Below the pieces are notes generated by a model. The model made no database searches and was not told the DNA's origin. It saw only the letters and a program-made list of their open reading frames with translations. The position numbers and the translations under genes are program-made. 64,000 nucleotides of DNA. Origin: Bryobacterales bacterium. GTDB lineage: Bacteria > Acidobacteriota > Terriglobia > Bryobacterales > Bryobacteraceae. Below, one piece after another: positions 21,175-30,856 of this stretch (position 1 is the first letter of the stretch; each line of letters begins with the position of its first letter). The stretch is from positions 324,085 to 388,084 of the forward strand of contig CAVZFZ010000007.1 in NCBI GenBank assembly GCA_963774655.1, given 5' to 3'.

Positions 21175-23106
21175 CGAAATACTATCTCACCACTCCCATT
21201 TACTACGTCAACGCGGCGCCGCATATCGGCACCGCCTACTCCACCTTCGTCGCCGATCTCGTCAAGCGCTTCAAGAAAATGGAAGCCTGCGATCCTGTGG
21301 TCCTCACCACCGGCTCCGACGAACACAGCCGCAACGTGGAGAAAGCCGCTAAAGCCGCCAACCTGGATCCGGAAGCCTACTGCTCCAAGATGGTGGTGGA
21401 ATTCACCGAGCTCTGGAAAAAGCTGGGCATCGACTACGACCATTTCATCCGCACCTCGGACCCGCGGCATCACGAGACCGTTCGCTGGCTGTTTGAGCGC
21501 TGCCAAAGAAAACGGCTACATCTACAAAGGCGGATACACCGGCCAATATTGCGTCAACGACGAAGCTCTACATCAACGACGCCAAGCCCGGCGACCCGTG
21601 CCCCGAATGCGGGCGGCCTCACCGAAACCGTCACCGAAGAGAATTATTTCTTCAAGCTATCCGCCTTCCAACGCCGCCTGCTGGATCTGTACGAGAAAGA
21701 CCCCGAGTTCGTAAAACCGGATCATCGCCGCAACGAAATTATCGCCTTCGTCCAACAGGGTCTCAACGATCTTTCCATCACCCGCACCAATATCCAATGG
21801 GGAATTCCCGCGCCCGTCGAAGGCCACCACGTTTTCTACGTCTGGTTCGACGCGCTGATCTCCTACATGAGCGCCGTGAAGAACGACGACGATCTCTGGC
21901 CGGCCGATCTGCACCTGATCGGCAAGGACATCCTGCGCTTCCACGCCGTCTATTGGCCGGCGTTTTTGATGGCCGCCGATTTGCCGCTGCCCAAGAAAGT
22001 ATTCGCGCACGGCTGGATTCTCTTCGAAGAGAACAAAATGAGCAAATCGCGCGGCAATGTTGTGCGCCCCGGCCCCATTGTGGACGTCACGGGCGTGGAT
22101 GCGCTGCGCTATTTCCTGCTGCGCGAAATCACCTTCGGTCAGGATGGCAGCTTCAGCTACGACGCGTTGATCCAGCGCTACAACTCCGATCTCGCGAATG
22201 GTCTCGGCAACCTCGCCAGCCGCACGCTCAGCATGATCCAGCAGTATCGCGAAGGCGTGATTCCTCAATCGGACGGCCTGGGCGAAATCGGCGAAGCGTC
22301 GCGCCAAACCACCGAGATCGTTCTGGATGCCTTCAATCAATTCAATTTCTCGAAGGCGCTCGAAATCATCTGGGCATTCATTTCCGTCATCGACAAGTTC
22401 ATCGTGGAACGGGCGCCTTGGCGGCTTGCCAAGGAACCAGACGCGCACTCCCAAAGGCTGCTGGATGAAACGCTCTACACCGCCGCCGAAGCTTTGCGCA
22501 TCATCTGCGGCTGGCTTTATCCCGTGATGCCCGCCGCCTCGCAAAACATCTGGGAACAGCTTGGAATGCCGAGCCCGATGAACAACATTCAGATTCGCCG
22601 ATCTGCACTGGGGCAAGCTAGTTGGCGGCCAAAAGATCGGCAAGATCGTGGGTGTTTTTCCGCGCCTGGATGCGGCGCCCGCCATCGCAAAAATGCAGGA
22701 TCTGGAAGCTGCCGAGAAAGCGCGACAGGCCGCCCTCTTCGCGACAAGCGCCGGCGCCCGCCGCCGGCCGCTCCGGACAAAATCTCCATCGACGATTTCG
22801 CCAAAGTGGAAATGCGCGTCGGCCTGGTGCTCTCAGCCGAGCGTGTGAAAGGCGCCGACAAGCTCCTGCATCTGAAAGTGGACATCGGCGAAGCCCGAAC
22901 CCCGCACTTTGGTCGCCGGAATCGCCGAAGCGTACACGCCGGAGCAGTTGATTGGACGCAAAGTAGTCATCGTCGCCAATCTCCAACCCCGCAAATTGCG
23001 CGGAGTGGAATCGAACGGCATGATCGTGGCTGCATCGGTGGAAGGCGGCAAGCCCGTCCTGGCCGGATTTCTCGAAGACATTCCCATCGGAGCCCGATTG
23101 AAGTGA
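21171..23106 (+). CDS. metG: Methionine--tRNA ligase with C-terminal tRNA-binding (EMAP/Trbp111-like) domain; about seven apparent +1 frameshifts
   Basis: [32 protein letters not shown], and C-terminal [11 protein letters not shown]...[19 protein letters not shown]. Frame jumps occur near 21503, 21565, 21617, 22598, about 22745, about 22775 and about 22895. The ATG overlaps the larC stop (ATGA). Confidence 0.85.
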
Positions 23107-23888
23107 GTCTCATTGACTCCCACTGTCATCTTGACAGCCAGGAGTTCGAATCCGATCGGGATGAAGTGATCGAGCGCGCGCTCGCCGCCGGCGTGGAACA
23201 TATGGTCGCCATCGGTACCGGCAACGGACCGCCCGATCTCGAAGCCGGCATCCGCCTGGCCGACAAATACCCGGCTTTCTACGCCACCATCGGCATTCAT
23301 CCGCACGATGCAGCCAAACCCGGCCCCGGCGATTATCGCCGTCTCGCCGAGCTGCTGTCGCATCCAAAAGTAGTCGCGGTAGGTGAAATCGGCCTGGATT
23401 ATCACTACGATTTCGCGCCCCGCGAAGCCCAGAAATCCGCCTTCATCGAACAAATGTCCATCGCCGCCTCCGCGCGCAAGCCCATTGTCATTCACACGCG
23501 TGAAGCCTGGGACGACACGCTGGCTTTGCTGGAACAATATTGGAAGCCGCACGGCATTGGCGGCATCATGCACTGCTTCTCCGGCGGCCCCACCGAAGCC
23601 CAACACGCTCTCGATCTCGGTTTCTACTTGAGCTTCGGCGGCATCCTCACATTTCCAAAAGCTACACAAGTTCAGGAATCGGCCAAGTTCGCCCCGCGCG
23701 ATCGCATCCTGCTCGAAACCGACGCGCCGTATCTAGCCCCAGTCCCCAAACGCGGCAAACGCAACGAGCCGGCTCTAATAATCCACACCGCCCAAAAACT
23801 AGCGGACCTGCGCGGCGTGTCAGTGGACGAAGTGTCTCGCCAAACAACCGAAAACTTCCATCGCCTCTTCACTGCTCCCCATCGCTAA
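23103..23888 (+). CDS. TatD family metal-dependent hydrolase
   Basis: The GTG overlaps the metG stop (GTGA). The sequence reads [10 protein letters not shown]..., [15 protein letters not shown], and ETDAPYL. Confidence 0.85.
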   Translation: MSLIDSHCHLDSQEFESDRDEVIERALAAGVEHMVAIGTGNGPPDLEAGIRLADKYPAFYATIGIHPHDAAKPGPGDYRRLAELLSHPKVVAVGEIGLDYHYDFAPREAQKSAFIEQMSIAASARKPIVIHTREAWDDTLALLEQYWKPHGIGGIMHCFSGGPTEAQHALDLGFYLSFGGILTFPKATQVQESAKFAPRDRILLETDAPYLAPVPKRGKRNEPALIIHTAQKLADLRGVSVDEVSRQTTENFHRLFTAPHR

Positions 23889-23900
23889 CACTGACGTGGA

Positions 23901-24190
23901 TCGCTCACACGGTCGTCCGATCGCTCATTCCGTCGTCCGATCGCTCATTCCGTCGTCCGATCGCTCATTCCGTCGTCCGATCGCTCATTCCGTCGTCCGA
24001 TCGCTCATTCCGTCGTCCGATCGCTCATTCCGTCGTCCGATCGCTCATTCCGTCGTCCGATCGCTCATTCCGTCGTCCGATCGCTCATTCCGTCGTCCGA
24101 TCGCTCATTCCGTCGTCCAATCGCTCATTCCGTCGTCCGATCGCTCATTCCGTCGTCCGATCGCTCATTCCGTCGTCCGATCGCTCACAC
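23901..24190. repeat. Tandem repeat, 20-bp unit TCGCTCATTCCGTCGTCCGA x 14.5
   Basis: Direct reading gives 14 head-to-tail units. The first is a variant (TCGCTCACACGGTCGTCCGA), one carries a point variant (..CCAA at 24117-24120), and a terminal half unit TCGCTCACAC runs into a REP. Confidence 0.95.
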
Positions 24191-24271
24191 CGAACCGCGA
24201 CCGCAAGGGAGCGCTACCACGAATCCTCGGGTACCGCGCTCTGCTCACGCTCCCTCGCGGTCGCGGCTCGG
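24189..24271. repeat. REP-like hairpin, family R-A
   Basis: ACCGAACCGCGACCGCAAGGGAGCGCTACCACGA ... CGCTCCCTCGCGGTCGCGGCTCGG, abutting the tandem array. Confidence 0.85.
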
Positions 24272-24341
24272 CTTGATCGTGTCGGCTAAGCTAGCTCGCG
24301 CGCGAAGCGCGCGCCACAAACTGCTAAACTAAAAAAATCTC

Positions 24342-25347
24342 ATGGGACTCACCAGCAGGATCGGGCAAGCGCTCACCGCGCGCGAAATGCTCAATCTGGT
24401 TAAGGATGATCTCGAGCGCGTGGAGCGCGAGATCAGCACTGGAATCCGTAGCCAGCGTAGACGCCGTAACCACCATCGGCCGTTATTTGCAATCCGGCGG
24501 CGGCAAGCGCCTCCGCCCCATGCTCGTGCTTCTAGCCTCCAGACTGGTCGGCGCGGTATCCGATGGATCCATCCGCATGGCCGCCGTCGTGGAAATGATC
24601 CACGCCGCCACGCTGGTGCACGACGATGTCATCGATGTCGCCAAAACACGCCGCGGCCGCCCGTCCTCGAATACCATCTGGGGAAACCACACCTGCGTGC
24701 TCGCGGGCGACTGGCTGTACATGCAGGCCTTCCAGATCGCCCTGCGCGAGCGCAATTTCCATATCCTCGACTTGCTGATCGCCCTCACGCAACTCATGGT
24801 GGAGGGCGAGCTGCTCCAGCTCGAATTCATCGGCAAGATCGCCATCTCGGAAGCCGACTACATGGAACTGGTGGACCGCAAAACCGCCAGCCTCTTCTCC
24901 GCCTGCGCGCGACTGGGCGCCATGACCGGTGGCGCCGACGAGAGCACCGAAACCCGCCTCGGCGAATTCTCCTGGAACCTCGGCATTGCCTTCCAACTGG
25001 TGGACGACGTGCTCGATTTCACCTCCAACGAAAAGGTCTTGGGTAAGCCCGTCGGCAGCGATCTGCGCGAAGGCAAAGTAACCCTCCCGCTCATCTACGC
25101 CCTGGCAGACGCCACCGCCGAAGAAAAGCGGCAGGTGGAAAGCGTCCTCAAGGACGGCAACTATGACCACGTTCCGTTCGCAGAGATTCTACGGATCATC
25201 GAACGCCATCGCGGCTTTGAACGCGTGCACGAGCGTGCCCAGGCTTTCACCGACAAAGCTCGCGCCATGATCTCCGAATTTCCCGATTCTCCCTATCAGC
25301 GCGCCCTATCCGCCCTCACAGACCTGGTCACCGACCGCGACCACTAA
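24342..25347 (+). CDS. ispB: Polyprenyl diphosphate synthase (octaprenyl/heptaprenyl type); one apparent +1 frameshift
   Basis: GGKRLRP, the first DDxxD motif (LVHDDVID), and the second (QLVDDVLD). The frame jumps near 24438, joining track ORFs 24342- and 24406-25347. Confidence 0.8.
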
Positions 25348-25350
25348 ATT

Positions 25351-25480
25351 TCCGAGCCGCGAGCGTAAGGGTCTGTGAAAAAACCAAAAAGGCACCGGCT
25401 CCCTTACGGTCGCGGTTCGGAAAGAGTCTCCGAGAGTGTTACCGAACCGCGACCGTAAGGGAGCCGGTGCCTTTTTGGGT
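25351..25480. repeat. Composite REP cluster, family R-B (three arms)
   Basis: CCGAGCCGCGAGCGTAAGGGTCTGTGAAAAAACCAAAAAGGCACCGGCTCCCTTACGGTCGCGGTTCGG ... TACCGAACCGCGACCGTAAGGGAGCCGGTGCC. The first 54 bp are nearly identical to 53355-53406. Confidence 0.85.
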
Positions 25481-25520
25481 TTTCTTTCTCCATTCGAATC
25501 GAAACTTGTATAATCCACAG

Positions 25521-26033
25521 ATGCAACGAATACCCTGGAGCATAATTGGGCTCGGCTCGCTGTTGCTCATCTCGGCCTGCTTGAGAGGAGGACAGGACGT
25601 GCAATCTCCGCAACCTGAAAAGCCGAAGCCGCCGGTCAAAACGGAGCAGCGCGGGCGTATCCTTGGAATCGGCGGTGTCTTCTTCAAATCCGCGAATCGC
25701 GATCAGATGCGCGAATGGTATTCGAAGCATCTTGGACTCGCTGACAAAGGCCAAGGCGCAATGCTTCCGTGGCGCGAACACGACGACCCGCAAAAGGAAC
25801 ACGTTACAGTTTGGACTGTTTTTCGCAGCTCCACTGACTATATCCCAGCCACGCAGCCGTTCATGCTCAACTACATCGTGGACGATATGGATGCATTGCT
25901 CGACCGCTTAAAAGAAGAAGGAGTAAAGATTGACCCTAAACGAATGAATGAATCCTACGGCCGCTTTGCCTGGATCTATGATGCGGATGGGAATAAGATT
26001 GAGCTCTGGCAGCCGCTATCCGCAAAGCCCTAA
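25521..26033 (+). CDS. VOC (glyoxalase/bleomycin-resistance fold) family lipoprotein
   Basis: Signal plus lipobox (LLLISAC). GIGGVFFKSANRDQMREWY and FAWIYDADGNKIELWQP are typical of a single VOC module. Confidence 0.6.
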   Translation: MQRIPWSIIGLGSLLLISACLRGGQDVQSPQPEKPKPPVKTEQRGRILGIGGVFFKSANRDQMREWYSKHLGLADKGQGAMLPWREHDDPQKEHVTVWTVFRSSTDYIPATQPFMLNYIVDDMDALLDRLKEEGVKIDPKRMNESYGRFAWIYDADGNKIELWQPLSAKP

Positions 26034-26192
26034 CGCCCTTCCACTCCGCTTGCTCCAATAGCCAAGGCTGGGCCGGTTCGCCAGGGGCCCTACTGAGTTC
26101 TAGGCCTTTCGTTTCATTGACCCGGACCTCCCGGACGCGATACACTATCTCTTAATTCCCCCGCCGGAAATTAGCAACCCAGGAGGCTATCA

Positions 26193-27361
26193 GTGGCAGA
26201 AAAAATGCGGCATATCTTTACGTCGGAGTCAGTTACCGAAGGACACCCCGACAAAGTCGCGGACCAGATTTCGGATGCGGTTCTAGACGCGGTTTTAAAG
26301 GACGATCCCACGGGCCGCGTGGCTTGCGAAGTGCTGGTCACCACCGGAATCTGCGTGGTTTCAGGCGAAATCACCACCAATACCTATGTAGACGTCCCGC
26401 GCTTGGTGCGCAGCGTGATCGCACGATATCGGCTACACCGATGCCGCCTTCGGATTCGACAGCAAGACCTGCGGCATCCTCAACTCTATCCAAAGCCAGT
26501 CCCCCGACATCGCGATGGGCGTGGATACCGGCGGCGCCGGCGACCAGGGCCTGATGTTCGGCTACGCTTGCGACGAAACCAAAGAGCTGATGCCCATGCC
26601 CATCATGCTGGCTCACAAATTGGTTCGGCAATTGAGCGAAGTGCGGCGCGCTGGAAGGCTCGATTTCCTGCGTCCCGATGGAAAAAGCCAGGTCAGCGTC
26701 GAGTACGTCGATGGCAAGCCCAAGCGCATTGAAGCCGTCGTGGTCTCCACCCAGCACGACGACAAGATTTCCACCGAAGACCTCCGCGCGCAGGTCAAGA
26801 AGCACATCATCGATCCTGTAGTCCCGTCCCACATGGTGGATTCCTCCACCAAATATCACATCAACCCCACCGGCCGATTCGTCATCGGCGGACCTCACGG
26901 CGACACCGGCCTCACCGGCCGCAAAATCATCGTGGATACCTACGGCGGCATGGGCCGTCACGGCGGCGGTGCGTTTTCGGGCAAGGATCCGACGAAGGTA
27001 GATCGCTCCGCCTGCTACATGGCGCGCTACGTCGCCAAGAACCTGGTCGCTTCCGGATTGGCCTCGCGCTGCGAAGTCCAGCTCGCCTACGCCATCGGCG
27101 TTGCGGAACCGGTTTCCGTCATGGTCAACACTTTCGGCACCGGTCTAGTGGAAGAAGAACGCCTGGTGGAACTGGTTCGCGAACTGTTCCCGCTCACTCC
27201 CAAGGGCATGATCGAACATCTGAAGCTCCGGCAGCCCATCTACCGCAAGACTGCCGCCTTCGGCCACTTCGGCCGCACCGAATCCAGCTTTACTTGGGAA
27301 GCCACCGACAAAGCCGAAGCGCTTCAGGAAGGCAGCCGCGGCGGCCGTCGCGGCGCAATAA
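26193..27361 (+). CDS. metK: S-adenosylmethionine synthetase; one clear and one possible +1 frameshift
   Basis: [30 protein letters not shown], and GGGAFSGKD. The frame jumps near 26422 ([16 protein letters not shown]). The 3' end is uncertain: either a shift near 27330 gives ...[13 protein letters not shown] with a stop at 27359-27361, or the track frame runs on to 27405. Confidence 0.85.
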
Positions 27362-27385
27362 TCAAATTTTCGAAATCGAGGAATC

Positions 27386-28666
27386 ATGCCAACCAACGCA
27401 ACTGAAACAGTCGCTTGTGATGTAAAAGATCTCGCGCTCGCCGACATGGGAAAGCGCCGCATCGAATGGGCGTTCCAATCCATGCCCGTTCTGCAGACCA
27501 TCCGCAAACAGTTCATCAAGACGCAGCCCTTGCGGGACATCCGCGTGGCTGCGTGCCTGCACGTTACCACCGAAACCGCCAACCTGATGATCGCCTTGCG
27601 CGATGGCGGCGCCAACATCGTGCTCTGCGCCTCCAATCCGCTGTCCACTCAGGACGACGTCGCTTCGAGCCTGGTCCGCGATTACAACATCCCCGTCTAC
27701 GCCATCAAGGGCGAGAACAACGATGTCTACTATTCGCACATCATGGCGGCGCTCGATCACAAGCCGCAAATCACCATGGATGACGGCGCCGATCTGGTCA
27801 CCATCCTGCACACCAAGCGCAAAGAACTTCTGGAGAACGTAATCGGCGGCACGGAGGAAACCACCACCGGCGTGATTCGCCTGCAAGCGATGGCCAAGGA
27901 AAAAGTCCTGCGCTATCCCATCGTCGCCATCAACGACGCTCTCACCAAGCACCTCTTCGATAACCGCTACGGCACCGGACAAAGCACCATCGACGGGATT
28001 ATCCGCGCCACCAACATGCTGCTGGCCGGCATGATTGTTGTGGTCGCCGGCTACGGCTGGTGCGGACGCGGTGTCGCCATGCGCGCCCGCGGCCTGGGCG
28101 CCAACGTGATCGTCACCGAAATCGATCCCACCAAGGCCATCGAAGCCATCATGGATGGTTTCCGCGTGATGTCTATGTCCGAAGCCGCCGTCATCGGCGA
28201 TCTATTCGTCACCCTCACCGGCAACAAGAGCGTCATCTCGCGCGATCATTTTGAAAAAATGAAGAACGGCGCAGTCCTCTGCAACTCCGGCCACTTCAAC
28301 GTCGAAATCGATCTGGATGTTCTCGCCGGCATGGCGTCTTCTCGGCGCCCCGCGCGCGAATTCGTGGAAGAGTTCGCCATGCGCGATGGCCGCAAAGTCT
28401 ACGTGCTCGGTGAAGGCCGCCTTATCAACCTGGCCGCCGCCGAAGGCCACCCCGCTTCCGTCATGGATATGAGCTTCGCCAACCAGGCCCTTTCCGCCGA
28501 ATACATGGTGAAGAATCACGCCACGCTCGAAAAGCGCGTCTACGCCGTCCCTGAGGATCTCGACAAGCAAGTAGCCAAGATGAAGCTCGAATCCATGGGC
28601 GTAAAAATCGATCGCCTCACCCCCGAGCAGGAACATTACCTGGCAAGCTGGAACGAGGGAACATAA
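27386..28666 (+). CDS. ahcY: Adenosylhomocysteinase
   Basis: Intact 426-aa ORF with [19 protein letters not shown] and HFNVEID. Confidence 0.92.
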   Translation: MPTNATETVACDVKDLALADMGKRRIEWAFQSMPVLQTIRKQFIKTQPLRDIRVAACLHVTTETANLMIALRDGGANIVLCASNPLSTQDDVASSLVRDYNIPVYAIKGENNDVYYSHIMAALDHKPQITMDDGADLVTILHTKRKELLENVIGGTEETTTGVIRLQAMAKEKVLRYPIVAINDALTKHLFDNRYGTGQSTIDGIIRATNMLLAGMIVVVAGYGWCGRGVAMRARGLGANVIVTEIDPTKAIEAIMDGFRVMSMSEAAVIGDLFVTLTGNKSVISRDHFEKMKNGAVLCNSGHFNVEIDLDVLAGMASSRRPAREFVEEFAMRDGRKVYVLGEGRLINLAAAEGHPASVMDMSFANQALSAEYMVKNHATLEKRVYAVPEDLDKQVAKMKLESMGVKIDRLTPEQEHYLASWNEGT

Positions 28667-28670
28667 AAAA

Positions 28671-28760
28671 GGTCGTAGGTTGTGGGTGGTAGGATGGAGG
28701 AAAGGCTGGTTGGCCGTTAACCAGTCTTTCCCCACGACCCACGGCCCACAACCCACAACC
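28671..28760. repeat. Nested hairpin element (GGTCGTAGGTTGTGGGTGG ... CCACGACCCACGGCCCACAACCCACAACC); possible ahcY terminator
   Basis: The outer arms are complementary (GGTTGTGGGT / ACCCACAACC, GGTCGT / ACGACC). The inner stem is GCTGGTT...AACCAG. Only one copy is present in this window. Confidence 0.6.
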
Positions 28761-28761
28761 T

Positions 28762-30066
28762 ATGCTTCTTGAAGGCTGCAAGCACGAAATCGAAATCACC
28801 GTTCCTGTTGACGAGATCACCCGCGAGACCGATCGCGTGGTCGCAAACATCCAGCAGAAAGTAAGATTGCCCGGATTCCGCCCCGGCAAAGCTCCCGCGA
28901 ATCTCATCCGCACCAAGTTCGCCCACCAGGTCCGCGAGGACGTTCTCGAAAACCTGCTTCCCAAATATTTCGACAAGCGCGTCAAGGAAGAAGAGCTGCA
29001 AGTAGTCGGCCGGCCCAACGTCAAAGACGTCAACTTCAAGGAAGGCGAGCCGCTCAAGTTCAAAGCGGAATTCGAAGTCGCGCCCTCCATCGAACTCGGC
29101 GAATATCGCGGCGTCCTCACGCACTATGCGGAACCTGAAGTCACCGACGAAGATGTCGACAAGCGGATCTCGGAAATCCGCGAGCAGAAAGCCCAGTTCA
29201 TCAACGTCGAACCGCGTCCCGCCGCCGATGGCGACTACGCGGTAGTTTCACTCGACAGCCTCTCCGGCGCCGACAACCCCATTCATCAGGACGAAATGGT
29301 GCTGCACGTCGGCGACCCCGACACCCTCGCCGGATTCTCGGAAGCCCTGCGCGGCATGTCTCCGGAAGAAGAAAAAGAATTCGAAGTTACGTATCCGGAA
29401 GATTACGGACAAGAGCGCCTGGCCGGCAAAACCATCAAGTTCCGCATGAAGCTGAAAGTCATCCGGACCAAGGAGCTCCCCGAACTGAACGACGAATTCG
29501 CGCAGGATCTCGGCGACTATCCCACCCTGAACGATTTGCGCGAAGCCGTGCGGAAATCCATTTTCCACGAGCGCCAATTCGCCGCCCAGCAAAAAGCCAA
29601 GGACGAACTGCTAGACCACATGATCGAAGCGCACGATTTTCCGGTCCCGGAAACCTATGTCGAGCGCCAAATCGAGGCCCAACTCACCAACCAGTTCAAA
29701 GATCTAGCCGATCGAGGCATCGATCCCGCCAAACTAAAAATCGATTGGGCGAAGCTCAAAGAATCCCAGCGCCCCAAAGCCCTGCACGACGTAAAAGGAT
29801 CGCTCTTAATCGACAAAGTAGCCGACCGCGAAGCCATCCACGCCACGAACGATGAAGTGGATCACGAAGTCCAGCGCATCGCGAAGCAAGAGCGCGAGCC
29901 AGTGGCCGCCATGCGCAAAAAGCTAGAGAAGGACGGCATCCTGGGCCGCATAGCCTATAGAATCCGCGGCGAAAAAACCCTAAACTTCCTATTCGAGCAC
30001 GCCAGAAAAGAAGCCCCGTTGCCGGAAGCGCCAAAAGAAGATATAGCCGCAGATGAACGCGGATAA
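28762..30066 (+). CDS. tig: Trigger factor
   Basis: VRLPGFRPGKAP (ribosome-binding motif region) and the overall TF architecture. The last residues ...AADERG and the stop come from a P1 palindrome arm. Confidence 0.9.
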   Translation: MLLEGCKHEIEITVPVDEITRETDRVVANIQQKVRLPGFRPGKAPANLIRTKFAHQVREDVLENLLPKYFDKRVKEEELQVVGRPNVKDVNFKEGEPLKFKAEFEVAPSIELGEYRGVLTHYAEPEVTDEDVDKRISEIREQKAQFINVEPRPAADGDYAVVSLDSLSGADNPIHQDEMVLHVGDPDTLAGFSEALRGMSPEEEKEFEVTYPEDYGQERLAGKTIKFRMKLKVIRTKELPELNDEFAQDLGDYPTLNDLREAVRKSIFHERQFAAQQKAKDELLDHMIEAHDFPVPETYVERQIEAQLTNQFKDLADRGIDPAKLKIDWAKLKESQRPKALHDVKGSLLIDKVADREAIHATNDEVDHEVQRIAKQEREPVAAMRKKLEKDGILGRIAYRIRGEKTLNFLFEHARKEAPLPEAPKEDIAADERG

Positions 30067-30116
30067 ACGCTGATAAAAATTTTCTTATCGGCGTTCATCT
30101 GCGTTCATCAGCGGCC
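30046..30116. repeat. Palindromic repeat, family P1, shared by two convergent gene ends
   Basis: The left arm encodes the tig C-terminus and stop. The right arm, read on the minus strand, encodes ...LMNADERR and the stop of the esterase gene. Confidence 0.85.
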
Positions 30117-30811
30117 AAATTCTTCGAATCCAAGTTTGCACGATCCCCCCAGCCTTAGAAGGAAACCGATGCGGCCCATCGAGTAAATGAAACTCGACAT
30201 CGGCGGCATGCTTCCGTAACCGCTCAGGAAATTTCTCTACCATCTCCACCGGATAAAATTCATCCGCATCACGAGAAATATGCAGCACAGCGGCCTCTAA
30301 CGGTCGATACTTGTCCTCCTCCCAATCGCGCGGCACGCCTCCGCAAATCCCCAGGATCCCCGCCACTTCGCCCGGATGCGTCCCCGCGAACCGGTAATTC
30401 AATCCCACCGGCTGCGAGAAACCCATCAGCAAGCACCGGTCTTTGCCCAACTGGAAACCGCTCCCGCAACTCGCCCAAAACCGCCAGCACCATCTCATGA
30501 TGCAGCCGCACCGCCGACCCCCAATGCGCCCCGATCCCCCAGTTATAACCGGCCACCGATTCTTTGTTCGGTAGCCCCGCCGCCACATATTGCTGGTTCG
30601 GACCTTGCAACGCCGCAATCAGATGTCCGTCGCCCACCAGCCCCGCCGTGAGCCGCAGCATCACTTCTGGATTCGAGCTATAGCCATGCAAAGTCAGTAT
30701 CAGCAACGAGTTGCGATCCAGCTTCTCCGGAATGTGAAGTAGGTAACGGCATTCCAGCCGCGTCTCAAACGTCTGCTGCTCGTAGGTGGTAGATGGCATC
30801 GGAATACTCAT
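30085..30811 (-). CDS. Alpha/beta hydrolase (phospholipase/carboxylesterase-like); one apparent single-base insertion
   Basis: MSIPMPSTTYEQ...LLILTLHGYSSNPE lies in the frame of track ORF 30269-31354. After a jump near 30455 it continues as QLGKDRCLLMGFSQP...HISRDADEFYP (track ORF 30085-30618). Confidence 0.65.
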
Positions 30812-30856
30812 AATAATCCGTCCGGAAAGTGCCGATGAGGTAGATAGGGCCTGGGA

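Noticed and set aside
23144-23153. A GTTCGAATCC T-loop-like motif, considered as a possible tRNA.
   Set aside because: It lies inside the tatD coding sequence (..QEFESDR..), and no acceptor or anticodon stem can be drawn around it. I found no tRNA-like structure anywhere in the window.
21087-23888. A single 933-aa ORF that could be read as a MetRS-TatD fusion with an N-terminal extension.
   Set aside because: Large internal stretches are Arg-rich nonsense, while MetRS motifs continue in the other frames. The true metG start is the ATG at 21171, overlapping the larC stop, and tatD starts at the GTGA at 23103.
23896-24289. Track ORFs 23540-24289 and 23896-24276, with a 20-aa periodic peptide (SLIPSSDRSFRRPIAHSVVR)n. 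The regular spacing could also suggest a CRISPR array.
   Set aside because: The periodicity is the 20-bp tandem repeat read through all three frames (60-nt cycle). There are no unique spacers between repeats, so it is not a CRISPR array, and there is no evidence that it is a gene.
26040-26192. A possible SAM or SAH riboswitch upstream of metK-ahcY.
   Set aside because: I could not recognise the conserved cores of the SAM-I/II or SAH elements. I see only a weak promoter-like TTGACC-18 nt-TACACT (26117-26146). This was not verifiable without a covariance-model scan.
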